Notes under the pieces: model-generated
Told to the model about the DNA's origin: nothing
Seen by the model: only the letters and a program-made list of their open reading frames with translations
The model's database searches: none
Shown here: positions 9,610-20,000 of the stretch, one piece after another
Layout: each line of letters begins with the position of its first letter
Position numbering within the stretch: position 1 is the stretch's first letter
Position numbers and translations under genes: made by a program
Source of the DNA: Catajapyx aquilonaris
Lineage: Eukaryota
Length of the DNA: 20,000 nucleotides
Direction of reading: 5' to 3'
NCBI GenBank assembly: GCA_000934665.2
Contig: KZ538357.1
Span: forward strand, 58,999-78,998

Positions 9610-9731
9610 CTATATACGCCAAATTGTTTCATACCTCCGGGGTATGAAACAATTTATCGTATAGCACTATACCTATGTATACGACAAATTGTTTCATACC
9701 CCGGGGGTATGAAACAATTTGGCGTATACAG
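9610..9731. mobile_element. 122-bp TA-flanked palindromic MITE (Tc1/mariner superfamily, possibly Tc2/pogo-like) with nested inverted repeats
   Basis: Arms 9607-9663 and 9678-9734 are reverse complements at 54/57 positions around a 14-nt spacer. Each arm is itself a palindrome (AAATTGTTTCATACC-5nt-GGTATGAAACAATTT). TA lies at 9608-9609 and 9732-9733. Removing the element plus one TA restores AAGTACATCTGAGTG, identical to 9791-9805. Confidence 0.85.
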
Positions 9732-9743
9732 TACATCTGAGTG

Positions 9744-9790
9744 CCCCCTAAAAGGGCTCATGACGTGGCTGTGTAAATATAAATAAATAT
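9744..9790 (+). mobile_element. 47-nt 5'-truncated 3' end of a non-LTR retroelement (LINE or SINE tail) with a 15-bp target-site duplication
   Basis: The insert CCCCCTAAAAGGGCTCATGACGTGGCTGTGTAAATATAAATAAATAT ends in an AAATAT/AAAT simple-repeat tail. It is flanked by the direct repeat AAGTACATCTGAGTG. The right copy is 9791-9805; the left copy is 9605-9609 plus 9734-9743, split by the MITE. Confidence 0.65.
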
Positions 9791-10836
9791 AAGTACATCT
9801 GAGTGTGACCTGAACACAAAGCCACAAAGGTAATAATATGATGCAAGATACATCGTGCTGGAATAATGTAAGAAATATATGACTACTTTTGGTTACTCTT
9901 CACACCTTTCTCACCAACACGTGTCTTATATTAACGAACCCTTAATATTATCGTTTCATATAAAAACGGGACTGTCCATTATTTTATTCGGACATCAGGT
10001 GCCACGGTTTTTGATAGCCCGTCGACGGTTAGACCTGGGAACATTCGCCAGGGGCATAAAGGCCTGGAAATTTGACAAAAGGTCGTAAATACGATCCCCA
10101 TGATGATTGCTGGACTCCTTTTTTTATATAGAAGTATTTTTTGTTCTTCTTTTCTTGACGGGTGTAGTCCAAAATGGCGTGGGCAGCATCTAGATCCCAT
10201 TTCTACTGGAAGCTCCCTCGCTTTATCTCTTCGCTGAACCGGAGGAAGAGGCATAGGAAAAGACCAGACGCCTTGTTCCGACATGAAAAGCCTGCGGGGG
10301 CTTTCTCTCAAACCAGGGGAATTTTCAGCGTTGGGGATCAAGATCCTTTTCTTCCACTGCCTGCTTGGTAGCTCTTCCTTCTTTTTTTTTTAGATTCTCC
10401 AACCGCATGGACAACCATTTCCATTCTGCCTGAAGAACTTTCGCTGATTACTGAGCTTACCTCCGAAGGAAAAGTCGCAAGGACCAGAAGAAATGTTTCT
10501 TTTTGCGTGACATATTAATTACATTGTTTTGAGAGGACTGAATAATAGCTATATTATTGCAGTTATGATAAAAGTGGTTTGCATACAAAGTAGCAGTTTG
10601 GTCGAGTTTGCCAACTAGACGCCAGCGTCTTTACATTGTTAGAGCTAATGTAAGTTAATTTTGTGAATATGAAGCTTACAAGATAATGCAACTTCCGAAA
10701 GCACTAAGGGCTCTTATAGAGAGGCTTACTGACGTAAGGTCTAAGAGGCAAGGTTGTTTAAATAATTCATGCGTCTTTAAAATGTTTTATACGATGTGAC
10801 GCTTCAATACATACTTCTAAAGCCCTCACGAAAATG

Positions 10837-10850
10837 CCCCCCCCCCCCCC
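10837..10850 (+). repeat. C14 homopolymer
   Basis: Direct read. Confidence 0.95.
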
Positions 10851-11637
10851 TTCCAGCTACAGCTCTATGTCGTGTACTTATCTCAGCACTCTTACGTTAG
10901 TATGGAGTAATCTTGCACTTGCTATGTAGTATACACAATACACATGAAGGCTGAAGAGTATTATAATGCTTGTAGCCTATTTATTAGAACGCGCAAGAGT
11001 GTCTAGATGGGATAGCATATGCAGTAAGCGGCTTTACAAATTACGACTTGTCACGGGTAGTTCCCCGTAGGCTTCTTGGTGAAACTTTTAATGTAATTTT
11101 ATCTTTGCTCCTGCGGGTCTTCTCTAGATCTGAAACTTACTCCTACTTTATTAATTACGTTCCTTGTGCCCTTTATACCATAACACATCTTGTGTCAGGC
11201 GTATAGTTACAATAATGAAGAGCTTAGGTCAACTATGGCTGCCGTGTTTTTCTGTCATGTACAGGCTTGTATAATAAGCATAAATGTGCGGTTTTGGTAA
11301 AACCAACGATTTATCCAGCTCTTATATTTTAAGAAGGCTCTAGCGTCTAGCGCTCGAGTCTATTAGATAGGTCTATAGAAGCATAGGGCATCGAGTCCGG
11401 GAAAGGTGTAAGAAAAGTCCTGCCTTGAATGGGTTTTGTGAAAATGTGTAAAAATATTTGATATACTGTATTTGCTTGGTGTAAAGAATAGTAATCTATC
11501 CGGTATCACATCATTTTTTAATTTAAAATATGAGTTTTAAGCCGATGCCGGCCAATGCTTTTATGCCACTCGCTTATTTCCCAGTCTTAATAGCTCATGC
11601 CTACTTACATTGTTGACCTGAGCTCATCTTGTCACGA

Positions 11638-11883
11638 CTATGACACGACCTTCTGGGATTCTTCGTAGTTTTCTCTGTATTGCGTGAGACATGCAATTTG
11701 TCCACAACTTATCTGATTAGAAAATGCTGACCTTCGTGACGATTGGATGTATATACAGTATTCGAGTGTATACGGATATACGCCATATAGCCTGTTGTTG
11801 CTTTGGCTCCCAAATACACTAAAACTAATATTAAACTGCTGCCATGATGTCAAAAATAGAAAGATAAACACTGCTTTTGACAT
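11638..11883 (-). CDS. Candidate 81-aa small ORF with hydrophobic N-terminus inside a splice-site-bounded exon (11910-11609); may be non-coding
   Basis: ATG-initiated ORF MSKAVFIFLFLTSWQQFNISFS..., with acceptor ttgctgtttcag| ending at 11911 and donor AAT|GTAAGT at 11608. I recognise no homology. Confidence 0.2.
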   Translation of the reverse strand: MSKAVFIFLFLTSWQQFNISFSVFGSQSNNRLYGVYPYTLEYCIYIQSSRRSAFSNQISCGQIACLTQYRENYEESQKVVS

Positions 11884-13322
11884 CTAAAGCTTCCTTGCTA
11901 CCTACTTCACCTGAAACAGCAACGTATATGACACAAGGCAGGTATAGGCTTATTTCATGTGGCACTTGACGCTACTCCCCTTCATCATGCTCCTCATGAC
12001 GAGTAGGCTTCTAAGTCACCCCCGCCCGGCCCACCAAATCCCCCACTTTCATGTAATATTCAGGCTTGTATTACGAGCCAGAAATTCATATGCAAAATGA
12101 AAGAGGACGGCCGTTATAGCTGTCGGATCTCCCAGTTCACACACTAAAACAAGGGAAAAAAGGCCGAGAGTGTCGTGTCTGACGCTCGTCAATTAAGGTC
12201 ATACCTCCGGTGTGCATCATCCGCGCCGTTCTAATTACGTTTATTATACCGGGGATTCCCCTAGCTATAGGTTTTTTTTTGGGAGGGGAAATGGGCTCCT
12301 GCCCACCACCTTTATTGCCTGCAATGAAGATCGCGAATTCGCGATTCCCGACCGTTCTGGGGAGATGATGGGAACGGGCTCAAATGCCAAATGAGCTTTC
12401 ACTTTAGGGTTGAAAGCTAGGAGCTTGCCAAATTTCAAGAGGGCACCACCTGTCAGCTCTGTATAGTTCTGCTCTTTATGTGATTGTATAGAGTAGGTCA
12501 ACTGTACACACGCAGATATTTTTTGACCTATTTGTCTCACGTAAGGTCAACGTCGAAATTCTAATAGGCTATACACAAGATACATTCAGATGTCATCGTT
12601 TCAAGCATTATCGTTACAGTTGTAGATAAATTATAGTCGGCATTATAATCGATCTCGATTACGAATCAATAATTTGTCACTTACAGGTACAATTATTGCC
12701 TAAATGTTACAATGTTGATTATGAGGATATTGACCCATAGCACAATACATTTTGTGAGAGTAAGAATATGCTGTTGTACAGCACTTGGGAAAATATTGGT
12801 TTGAGACTATAAAATGGCATCTGGTGCCATCATATCAGGTATGCATGGCTATGGAGCACTCGATCACTGACACCTAGAGTGACCGCTCATCTCTTCGGGC
12901 CAATCCTTCACTCCCTGCCTCTCCTCTTGTCAGTAACAATTCATGACCTCTTAAGGTTGGTTCCTATACACAGCCACACAACCTGCACAATGTACCGAAT
13001 ATGCCTACTGTATAGTCTGGTAAACGTTACATACACCACGATAATCTCGGTTCATGTGTATGTATGTACATTGTACAATTAATTTCATACATGGCGGGAG
13101 ATGTCCTTCAGCAAGGGAAGCCCCTATAAAGCAATCGACCTTATAGTGATACGACTGCATCATTTTCATGGCTTATATCTGTGATATTTACTGCCAGCTC
13201 TTGGCAGGTCTCCGCCCCGAAACTAATGGAACAAAATGGACTCTAAAAATAGAGTCCTGTGACAATGTAAACAGGGTTTTATTACCAACCTGTAAGGTCG
13301 GGCCTCAGATGTTTTGCAGCGC

Positions 13323-13360
13323 GTATCCGATCACAACAGGTGTATCCGATCACAGCAGGC
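13323..13360 (+). repeat. Tandem duplication, 19 bp x 2
   Basis: GTATCCGATCACAACAGGT / GTATCCGATCACAGCAGGC (17/19 identical). Confidence 0.85.
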
Positions 13361-14830
13361 ATACCACGGATGAAATCATTCTGGGAACGCTGTCATGCTG
13401 AATTAAGCTGCTTCAAAAACATGTTTATGAGAGCCATTAATAATCTGCAGTGGTCGGTTAGATCCATCTCAGCGTGAGCATTAAAAGAAAATGTTCTCCC
13501 ACTTCTCATCCTAAGGGGCTTGTAATAAACCGTAATGAATGTATGCCATCCCCAGATTATCCGTGGGGAAAAATGAGCCTCCGAGTTGAGGATGATGGCG
13601 TTTAATTCCAACTCTGCTAGGAAAATGGCCGATTTCGAGTCCAATTTTTCACACTTTGTTAAGCGAGGTTAATCTGACTGGTAACCGAAACGTTTTCCTT
13701 AATCTACAAATCACTCTGTGGTTGAAACGGAGTGAAGTTGCGATATAACGTATACTTGTTTACGGATGGGTCGGCTCCCCTTATCAACTCGTGCGAGTTG
13801 GGTCGTCCCAGGCATCGTCTCTGGTGGGGTTCTATGAAGCCTGGAGCAGAGCACCACCGTAGATATAGAGCATCATCCAATATAAGATAGTTACGTGAGT
13901 GTTTTATTTTTGAATTAAAAGCCCTTGGTCGTAAATCCAGTTTTAATTGCAGAGTAAGGAGTAGCATATGAAAAGAACTTGGAAGAAGCGCCGAGAAAAC
14001 GATGTTGCTATTAGTAACAGCGGCGTTTCTTGTTTCTGGCCCGGCAGACGTGATTACTACCTGACTTGAGGCCGCCTCTTTTCGACTGGCGCTTTTCGTT
14101 TCCAGACTAATCGCGGCCATTAATTATAAAGGAAACCGTCTTTGTGGCCTTTGTAAAACTGGAGCCGTGGGCTTTTGGGCGAATCATGGCTTGACCACAT
14201 TACCACGATGGATCATGCAAACTGCTCCAGCTGTGCACTTCTTTGAAGGGCATATTGGCACCAGGGAAATTAAGGGATTTTGCCACGGAGCATTATTCAT
14301 TATTCCTTAGAGTAGGTGGCCAATAACATCACATAAAGACAAAGGATATGGTGCAGGAGTGATATTGTTGTGCACTACCATAATTTGAGCGGAAATATTG
14401 TTGCTATAGCACCGCAAATTTCTAAACCATGATTGTACAGGTATGGATACAGCGCACTTGAAGAACAACCTATCGGTCAGCCACAAATTGTCAGAAAATG
14501 GAATTTGCGGACATAAAGTATGGATGTTGAACACAATATCCTGTTTTATCTTTGTAGTATTACCTTCGAGAGTGGTCAACTGGATAAAAAGATAAAGAAA
14601 GGCCGAGTTCTATAAGTCAGTGCAAGATTTCATTTGAAATGTTAGTTGTAGGAGCAAAGTTCACTGCAACGTTGACCGGAGACATGATTGCCTTTGAGTC
14701 TGTCGAAAATAAGGTACAATATAAGATATGGACAGTCCGAAGAACTGTAGGCCCCTACATTAAAATATATCAAGATACTTTACCAGGAGCCCTTGACATC
14801 AGACCCTAATCTGCGATGGATCAAATGGCA

Positions 14831-14887
14831 TTGATATATGTAACTTCAAGCTGCGTTAGTGAATTTACATGAAGTTACATTGATATA
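14831..14887. repeat. 41-bp inverted-repeat-bounded segment flanked by 8-bp direct repeats (possible miniature transposon relic or hairpin)
   Basis: TTGATATA (14831-14838) | TGTAACTTCA ... TGAAGTTACA (14839-14879) | TTGATATA (14880-14887). Confidence 0.5.
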
Positions 14888-17101
14888 CATGCACGTTGAC
14901 ACAAGATGTGACATTTCTGCTGATACCGGCCAATTTCCCCACGAGCCGAGGAAATCTCGTAACTGACGTTTTCAACTTCGTATATTTTTTCTTCGCTGGT
15001 TGGAGGGCTTAGGACACCATTCCCATCGTCTTTCTTTGAAGCAGTCCCCAAAAAACAGCGTAGGAAAATTTATTTGAAGCCTACACGCGCCATCATGAGG
15101 CCGATAAAAGAGGATTTTCGAGCTGGTGCAGTTCCACAGGAGAAAAGGATTGCTCCAAAATGGTATCTGCCGAAGTAGGGAATATTATTGCCGTGAATTC
15201 CATTTTCTCTCCAATGAGGAAACCCCTCTTCTAATACAGTTTTGTGAGGTCCATGCATACAGATCGACACTAATATATAGGAAAGGACCGGCATTCTTGC
15301 TGGGCATAATAGGTTTTGGAACTGGCATGAAACCCAAGCTGTATAAATGAATAATGTGAGACATGGCCTATTATAGCGGCCTTGATTTGAAAGCACTGCA
15401 GCATCCTCTCATTTAGAATGATATATGGCATGCTGGGATGTTGTTTTGGTCGACTGGCCACAATATTTGGGAGGGACAACAAGGGTATATAGGTGCTCTG
15501 TTGATGAAATCCCTCTATAGTCTGCTGCGATAATGCTTCTCTTTGGCGTTGTTTGGGTGAGTTTATTTTCCTTGCAACCATATAAGGAAGGAGAATGCTT
15601 CAGTCGTTCGAAACGTGATCTGCCTTCGACATGCTCCGCGATATTGGAAATGCACTGGCAGGACTAGACTTCACAAAATACTCTTAGTTAATTACTAAAG
15701 GTTGCCAGTATATTATTGCATTTATTTGTAATTGGAAATTATGAGTAAAGGACATTATGCTCAAATTAACTTCTGGCCCTCATCCATGCGAGTACATTCC
15801 TGGCAGTCAAATTAAACGTAATAACTTGACATCTGGCGAAAACTTCAGGTCGTACAGCATTGTATAATATTATTAAGTATATATTAGTATATGGTGATGA
15901 ATGAAAGCGGTCAGTGGTTGGAACGACCAAGATGAATGAGCAACATCCAACATGCAAGTGTTCCTCTGTCCAAGTTGACGATTCCACCATCTGGCAGGAG
16001 GGAGAGTTGATGAATTAATCACCCCTGGAGTGCGCTGCATGCAAAAAAAAGTAAAGGAAGACGCAAACTTTGTGCCATGCCTGGAGGAGTAACTAACCCA
16101 TCAGCTCTCCCGAGGCGGAATCGTCAACATGGGCAGAGAAACACCTTGCTTTGCAGCGATTTATTGGGTGCCTAAGGACAGCTTCGTGTGTTTCTTTTAC
16201 CCCCCTTTTTTAAGCAACCTTTTGTACCCCCCCTCCCACTTCTATCTCCTCCGGACTCTCTCAATATCTCTCTTTTGTTTCCTTTTGACTTACTATTGCA
16301 GTTTCTCTGAAGTACACATACTGTACGTCCACTAAGGCTTCTGTTTCAACAGGAGACTTTTCTTCCCTGAAGGCTTTTTTTTTGTTGCTTTTACTATATT
16401 ACTTTTCTTTGTGAATAGCTGTCGGGGTTAGTTAAAACTTGGTTACCAAACACTGTGTTTGAAGGTTGTATGTAATGCAAAGATGTAAAGGGTTTGTTGA
16501 CTGTATTGGTCGTTCCATCCCGAATCTGTAGCAAGCTTCTGTGTGTATGACTGGATTATCCACATATGGTACTAATACTCGAGTGCGTGTTCTCCACCGA
16601 CAATATGCATGCTGCGGGATTCCGAGTTGTGACGTGGACTCTGCATACATCCAAGCAAATCAGCAAACTCCCTCAAATTATCACGTATGACAAGCTACAT
16701 TGCACCCACTGCCAAAACCTAGATATGTATAATTCCCTTCCCAGTAATACGAAAGGTTTAGTGTCACTTTGAGCAATCCTCATGAGCCGAAACCTGCCAC
16801 TCACACTTTTAAGCCCCACAACCAAAAATAACCTTTATGAACCGACTAAAAAAAACAATCGCAGTGCTACTAACTCTCCCAAAAAAAATATCCGACACTT
16901 ACCAGCCGTACACTGTACGTAGCGTACCTTTCCGGAAACAGGTCCACCTTAGTAGTCATCCAAACCACAACTCGTGACAAATTCAGCGACATACCTGGGT
17001 GACAAATTTTTTCCCCCTTAACTTCCTGAGCAAGATGTGGACGATAAAGCGCGCCACTGCTGGCAACCTTCCGAATTTAAGTTGTAGGAAGGCCAAGGAA
17101 A

Positions 17102-17120
17102 GGGGGGGGGGGGGGGGGGG
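17102..17120 (+). repeat. G19 homopolymer (G-quadruplex-capable), next to an ambiguous base N at 17125
   Basis: Direct read. The adjacent N suggests locally low sequence quality. Confidence 0.95.
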
Positions 17121-20000
17121 AAAANAAGGTAGACATCTCTTCGATAATTTGCTCGCGTGATCGGAAGCCAGAAAAGCGGAGTTTTGGAGGACGACCTGGT
17201 CGTACCCGGAACCGAGTCGCTTCTTTTTCTTCCAAGCCCATCATTCAGAGTTAAATTTGTGAAAACGGAGGTGGCCCTGTTGTGGAAAGGAAAAAAAGGT
17301 CAGGGGGCATTCAACTAAAAAAAATTGGCCACTAAATTCCCCTGTGGAATGCTGTCCGATTGGTACAAACAGTTCAATCCCATGTAATGTTTGTAAAGTA
17401 TTGTCAATTTGCACTCATGGGGATTGTAAATTGGTGTGTAACACAATTGGTTCAAATATACTGAAGCGTTATTCTGGGTTTTGAGGGTTGAAAATAGGGT
17501 AGGATTTTGTTGGGAAAATGAGAGTGCAAATTAGGGCAGGTGAGTCAGCTGCAGTGTTCCGTAAATGATGGGACACAAGAGGATTTTGTTTGCAGAAAAA
17601 GGTGCATCACCTTAGAGTGAGTCGTCTCGTTCAGGAATAATGATGCAATTTTGCGGAAAGCCATGGTAATCCAATTACCCCGACATTTCTGTGACGTAGT
17701 CTGCCTCATTATTAGATTTTATCAGTTAGAGGGCACAAACGTTTGTAACAATATGAATATGTTGGTTTGACTGATGGACGTAGATCATTTTTTGACACTA
17801 CCATTTTTTTATATCAAAAAAGAATGCGAAGCATTTCAGGAGAACTTGTGCTTCTGTCGAGGACAAAATGGGAAGATGACATGCAGGAAATGAGAAGCAG
17901 ATGGAGACGGTCGAAAACACGGGAAGAAAATTGCACCTTTGGGGCCTGGAAGTGCTTCAAAGGAGGGTTGAACGAAGGTGTGTCTTATCGTTCAAAGGCA
18001 CCGATCGAGTCGGCATGATAAAAGTAAATGAGGGCTGCAAGAAGCGAAGGAAGCCGTGCGGCTTGATGTTTTGCAGGAAGACGTGTGTTGTTTTGGATGC
18101 GATTGCTCTTTTTTGCCATACCACTACACAGAAGCTTTTATGGAAGCAGGATTGTACTTGTTAGCAAAATTCCCTCTGAGTTTTACGACTTCTTGTTTTT
18201 AAGCTCTCTTAGCCTTTTGTTTCATTACCAAACCGTCAACCAGCATCTTCAGGAGGCCTTACAGGCTTTTGCAAAGAGAAATGCCAACCAGCTGCACTGT
18301 GGATGTCACGAGAGCTGAAATATATGCATGGCATTCATATGAAACATATTTTGAAGAATTTCTTGAATACTGTATATGAAATGAAGCGCATGGCATACTC
18401 GATGTAATCTTATTACTAGCGCAACTTAGGACTCTAAAAATATGGTATATCCCGCTTGAATTAACGTCGCATATTCTTACAGTGCATACAGTGTCCTTTA
18501 ATTACTTTATGCAGAATTTCTAGAAAACACTGTCAAATTATTGACCCAGCACTGTACTGTCATTAACCGAAACCTCAGTTGTGGCGGGTATCCGGTCAGG
18601 ATGCTTTCATGTGGGATGATGGTTGAACAACTTTTACCCTATCTCTGCACTACATGTTGAAGGGTCCGCTAGATAATTTAATTCGCCTCTAACCTACCGA
18701 AGTAATTAACAGCACTCAACATACTGTCACGCCTCTGGCCATCCGTAGGTTATATTTACCAGTAACGCGTTTGGTCAATATGTGACATTGAATTGTAAGT
18801 AACATCACTAATAACAGCTTTTTCCACTGTATAGCCCAGATGCTGTAGCAGAAACAAATCTCATTTTTAAAACATGGAAAAGTATCAAGTAAGTAATCAA
18901 AAACTAGCCTAAACTGCGCCTCGGAAGAAAACAAACCAATCAAACCACTAACGCCTTTTTATGAAACTCTCCCCCCAAAAATACCCAGCAAAGTAGGAAC
19001 CTGGGAAAAAAACAAGCCCCCTCAATTTGCATCCAAAATGAACCTGCGGCCCTATTTAAAATAAGTTATTTATAAAAGAGGATTTAGGCAGAAGAAGGGT
19101 AACTGATAAATTATGCACATTTTGTTGTGGGCTTGTTCTCTTGCTGAATCCGGAAACTCCGTAGCAGATCATAAAACAGCGGTTTCCCTCGCCTTTTATC
19201 CTGAAAAGGGTGAGTGCATTGGGAGTATGAATACATAATCCTTTTGCGCGGTGCAAAAGGCTTTGGCTGTTACTGAGTGAGCTTGGCGACTTGATTTGCA
19301 TAGCACATCGAAGCTAAAGCCCGAGCTAATGCCAATGCCAAGTTGAAATCGTGACCTGAGCGACGAACTTTCCAAGTCTCTTCAACCTGATGACGCAAGC
19401 AGATTCTGTATACAGTATGGTAGAGAGAAAGCGTGCTTTTTTGCATGTTTTTCAGCCTCGCTTATATGTGTAAAAGGTGGGTAGGAATTGCAGTGGTTTT
19501 GAGATGAGGTCTAAAGCCTGAAAGAAACGTATCCAGCTTGGTGAGAGGAGAGAGGTAGAGGCACTTTAGAGTATAAGTTAGAAGAGGAAGTCAGGAATGA
19601 AATTTTAATATTGCACCAAAATGCAAAACTTTTACATATTTAATTTGCATTTGGGCAAGGAACACCCTGCACAGTGTATGTGTGCAGTTCACATTGATAT
19701 TCATTATTGAACACGCATGCCTTTGTCTGCTTACTGATGTACACTGTATTGTATGAAAATATACAATGTACACTGTAGGCAACTACAGGTATTGTGCAAT
19801 TGAATTTTCCAAAATAACAAGAGCCCAACTTCATCATAAAAAAGTGTTGGGATGGCAGAGTAAAATATTTCAATTTCAAGCTTGTCGGAGCAGGGTGTGT
19901 GGATGTATCATCAGTGAATCAAGTATTGTCCCGCCATGCGGGTTACAGTCTGGCCAGGATAACTTTGACCTCGCTCGTTAACCATCGACTACGCTTTCCT

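Noticed and set aside
9607..9805. CRISPR-like repeat-spacer array
   Set aside because: Only two palindromic units in a nested inverted arrangement with a 14-nt spacer, no cas genes and a eukaryotic context. Explained by a MITE plus a TSD.
10394..10520. Plus-strand exon after the strong acceptor cttccttcttttttttttag
   Set aside because: The short open frame has no recognisable homology and no donor, and T-runs ending in AG are common by chance.
16190..16301. Long pyrimidine tract ending in AG as a plus-strand acceptor
   Set aside because: No credible downstream coding frame or donor. Treated as low-complexity sequence.
17050..17064. CTCF-like motif GCGCCACTGCTGGC
   Set aside because: One base shorter than the canonical core spacing (CCAGCAG-R-K-GGCGC). 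Other partial matches near 15828 and 15984 are too weak to call without a PWM.
17297..17313. Retinoic-acid response element (AGGTCA-n5-CATTCA)
   Set aside because: The second half-site deviates too far from RGKTCA.
72..19981. The ORFs in the supplied six-frame track as a set of genes
   Set aside because: All are <=138 aa, many begin at GTG/TTG, several overlap on opposite strands, and none shows a recognisable domain. This is consistent with random ORFs in eukaryotic non-coding DNA.

Overview
Gene-poor eukaryotic (animal) genomic DNA, roughly 40% GC by eye. An invertebrate deuterostome such as amphioxus is my guess from composition and repeat style, not a proven assignment. No ORF in the supplied track resembles a known protein, and I see no rRNA, tRNA, CRISPR array or intact transposase/RT gene. 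The one convincing coding signal is missing from the ORF track: a 111-nt minus-strand first coding exon (3774-3664, MYQEEISLPKSLTGYLDEGNFFYKDRNYEEAMASYDK). It encodes an N-terminal TPR repeat resembling TTC25/ODAD4, with a phase-0 intron at the equivalent position. It is preceded by a probable 5'-UTR exon (donor at 4304) and a promoter-like region (about 4400-4700) with paired forkhead and RFX-type motifs typical of motile-cilia genes. The rest of the gene runs off the left end of the window. The remainder is non-coding. It holds two TA-flanked MITEs, one of which is a palindrome of palindromes inserted into the target-site duplication of a 47-nt retroelement tail. It also holds small hairpins and repeats, enhancer-like motif clusters and several candidate spliced non-coding or small-ORF exons. 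I found no clear evidence of a new biological system.
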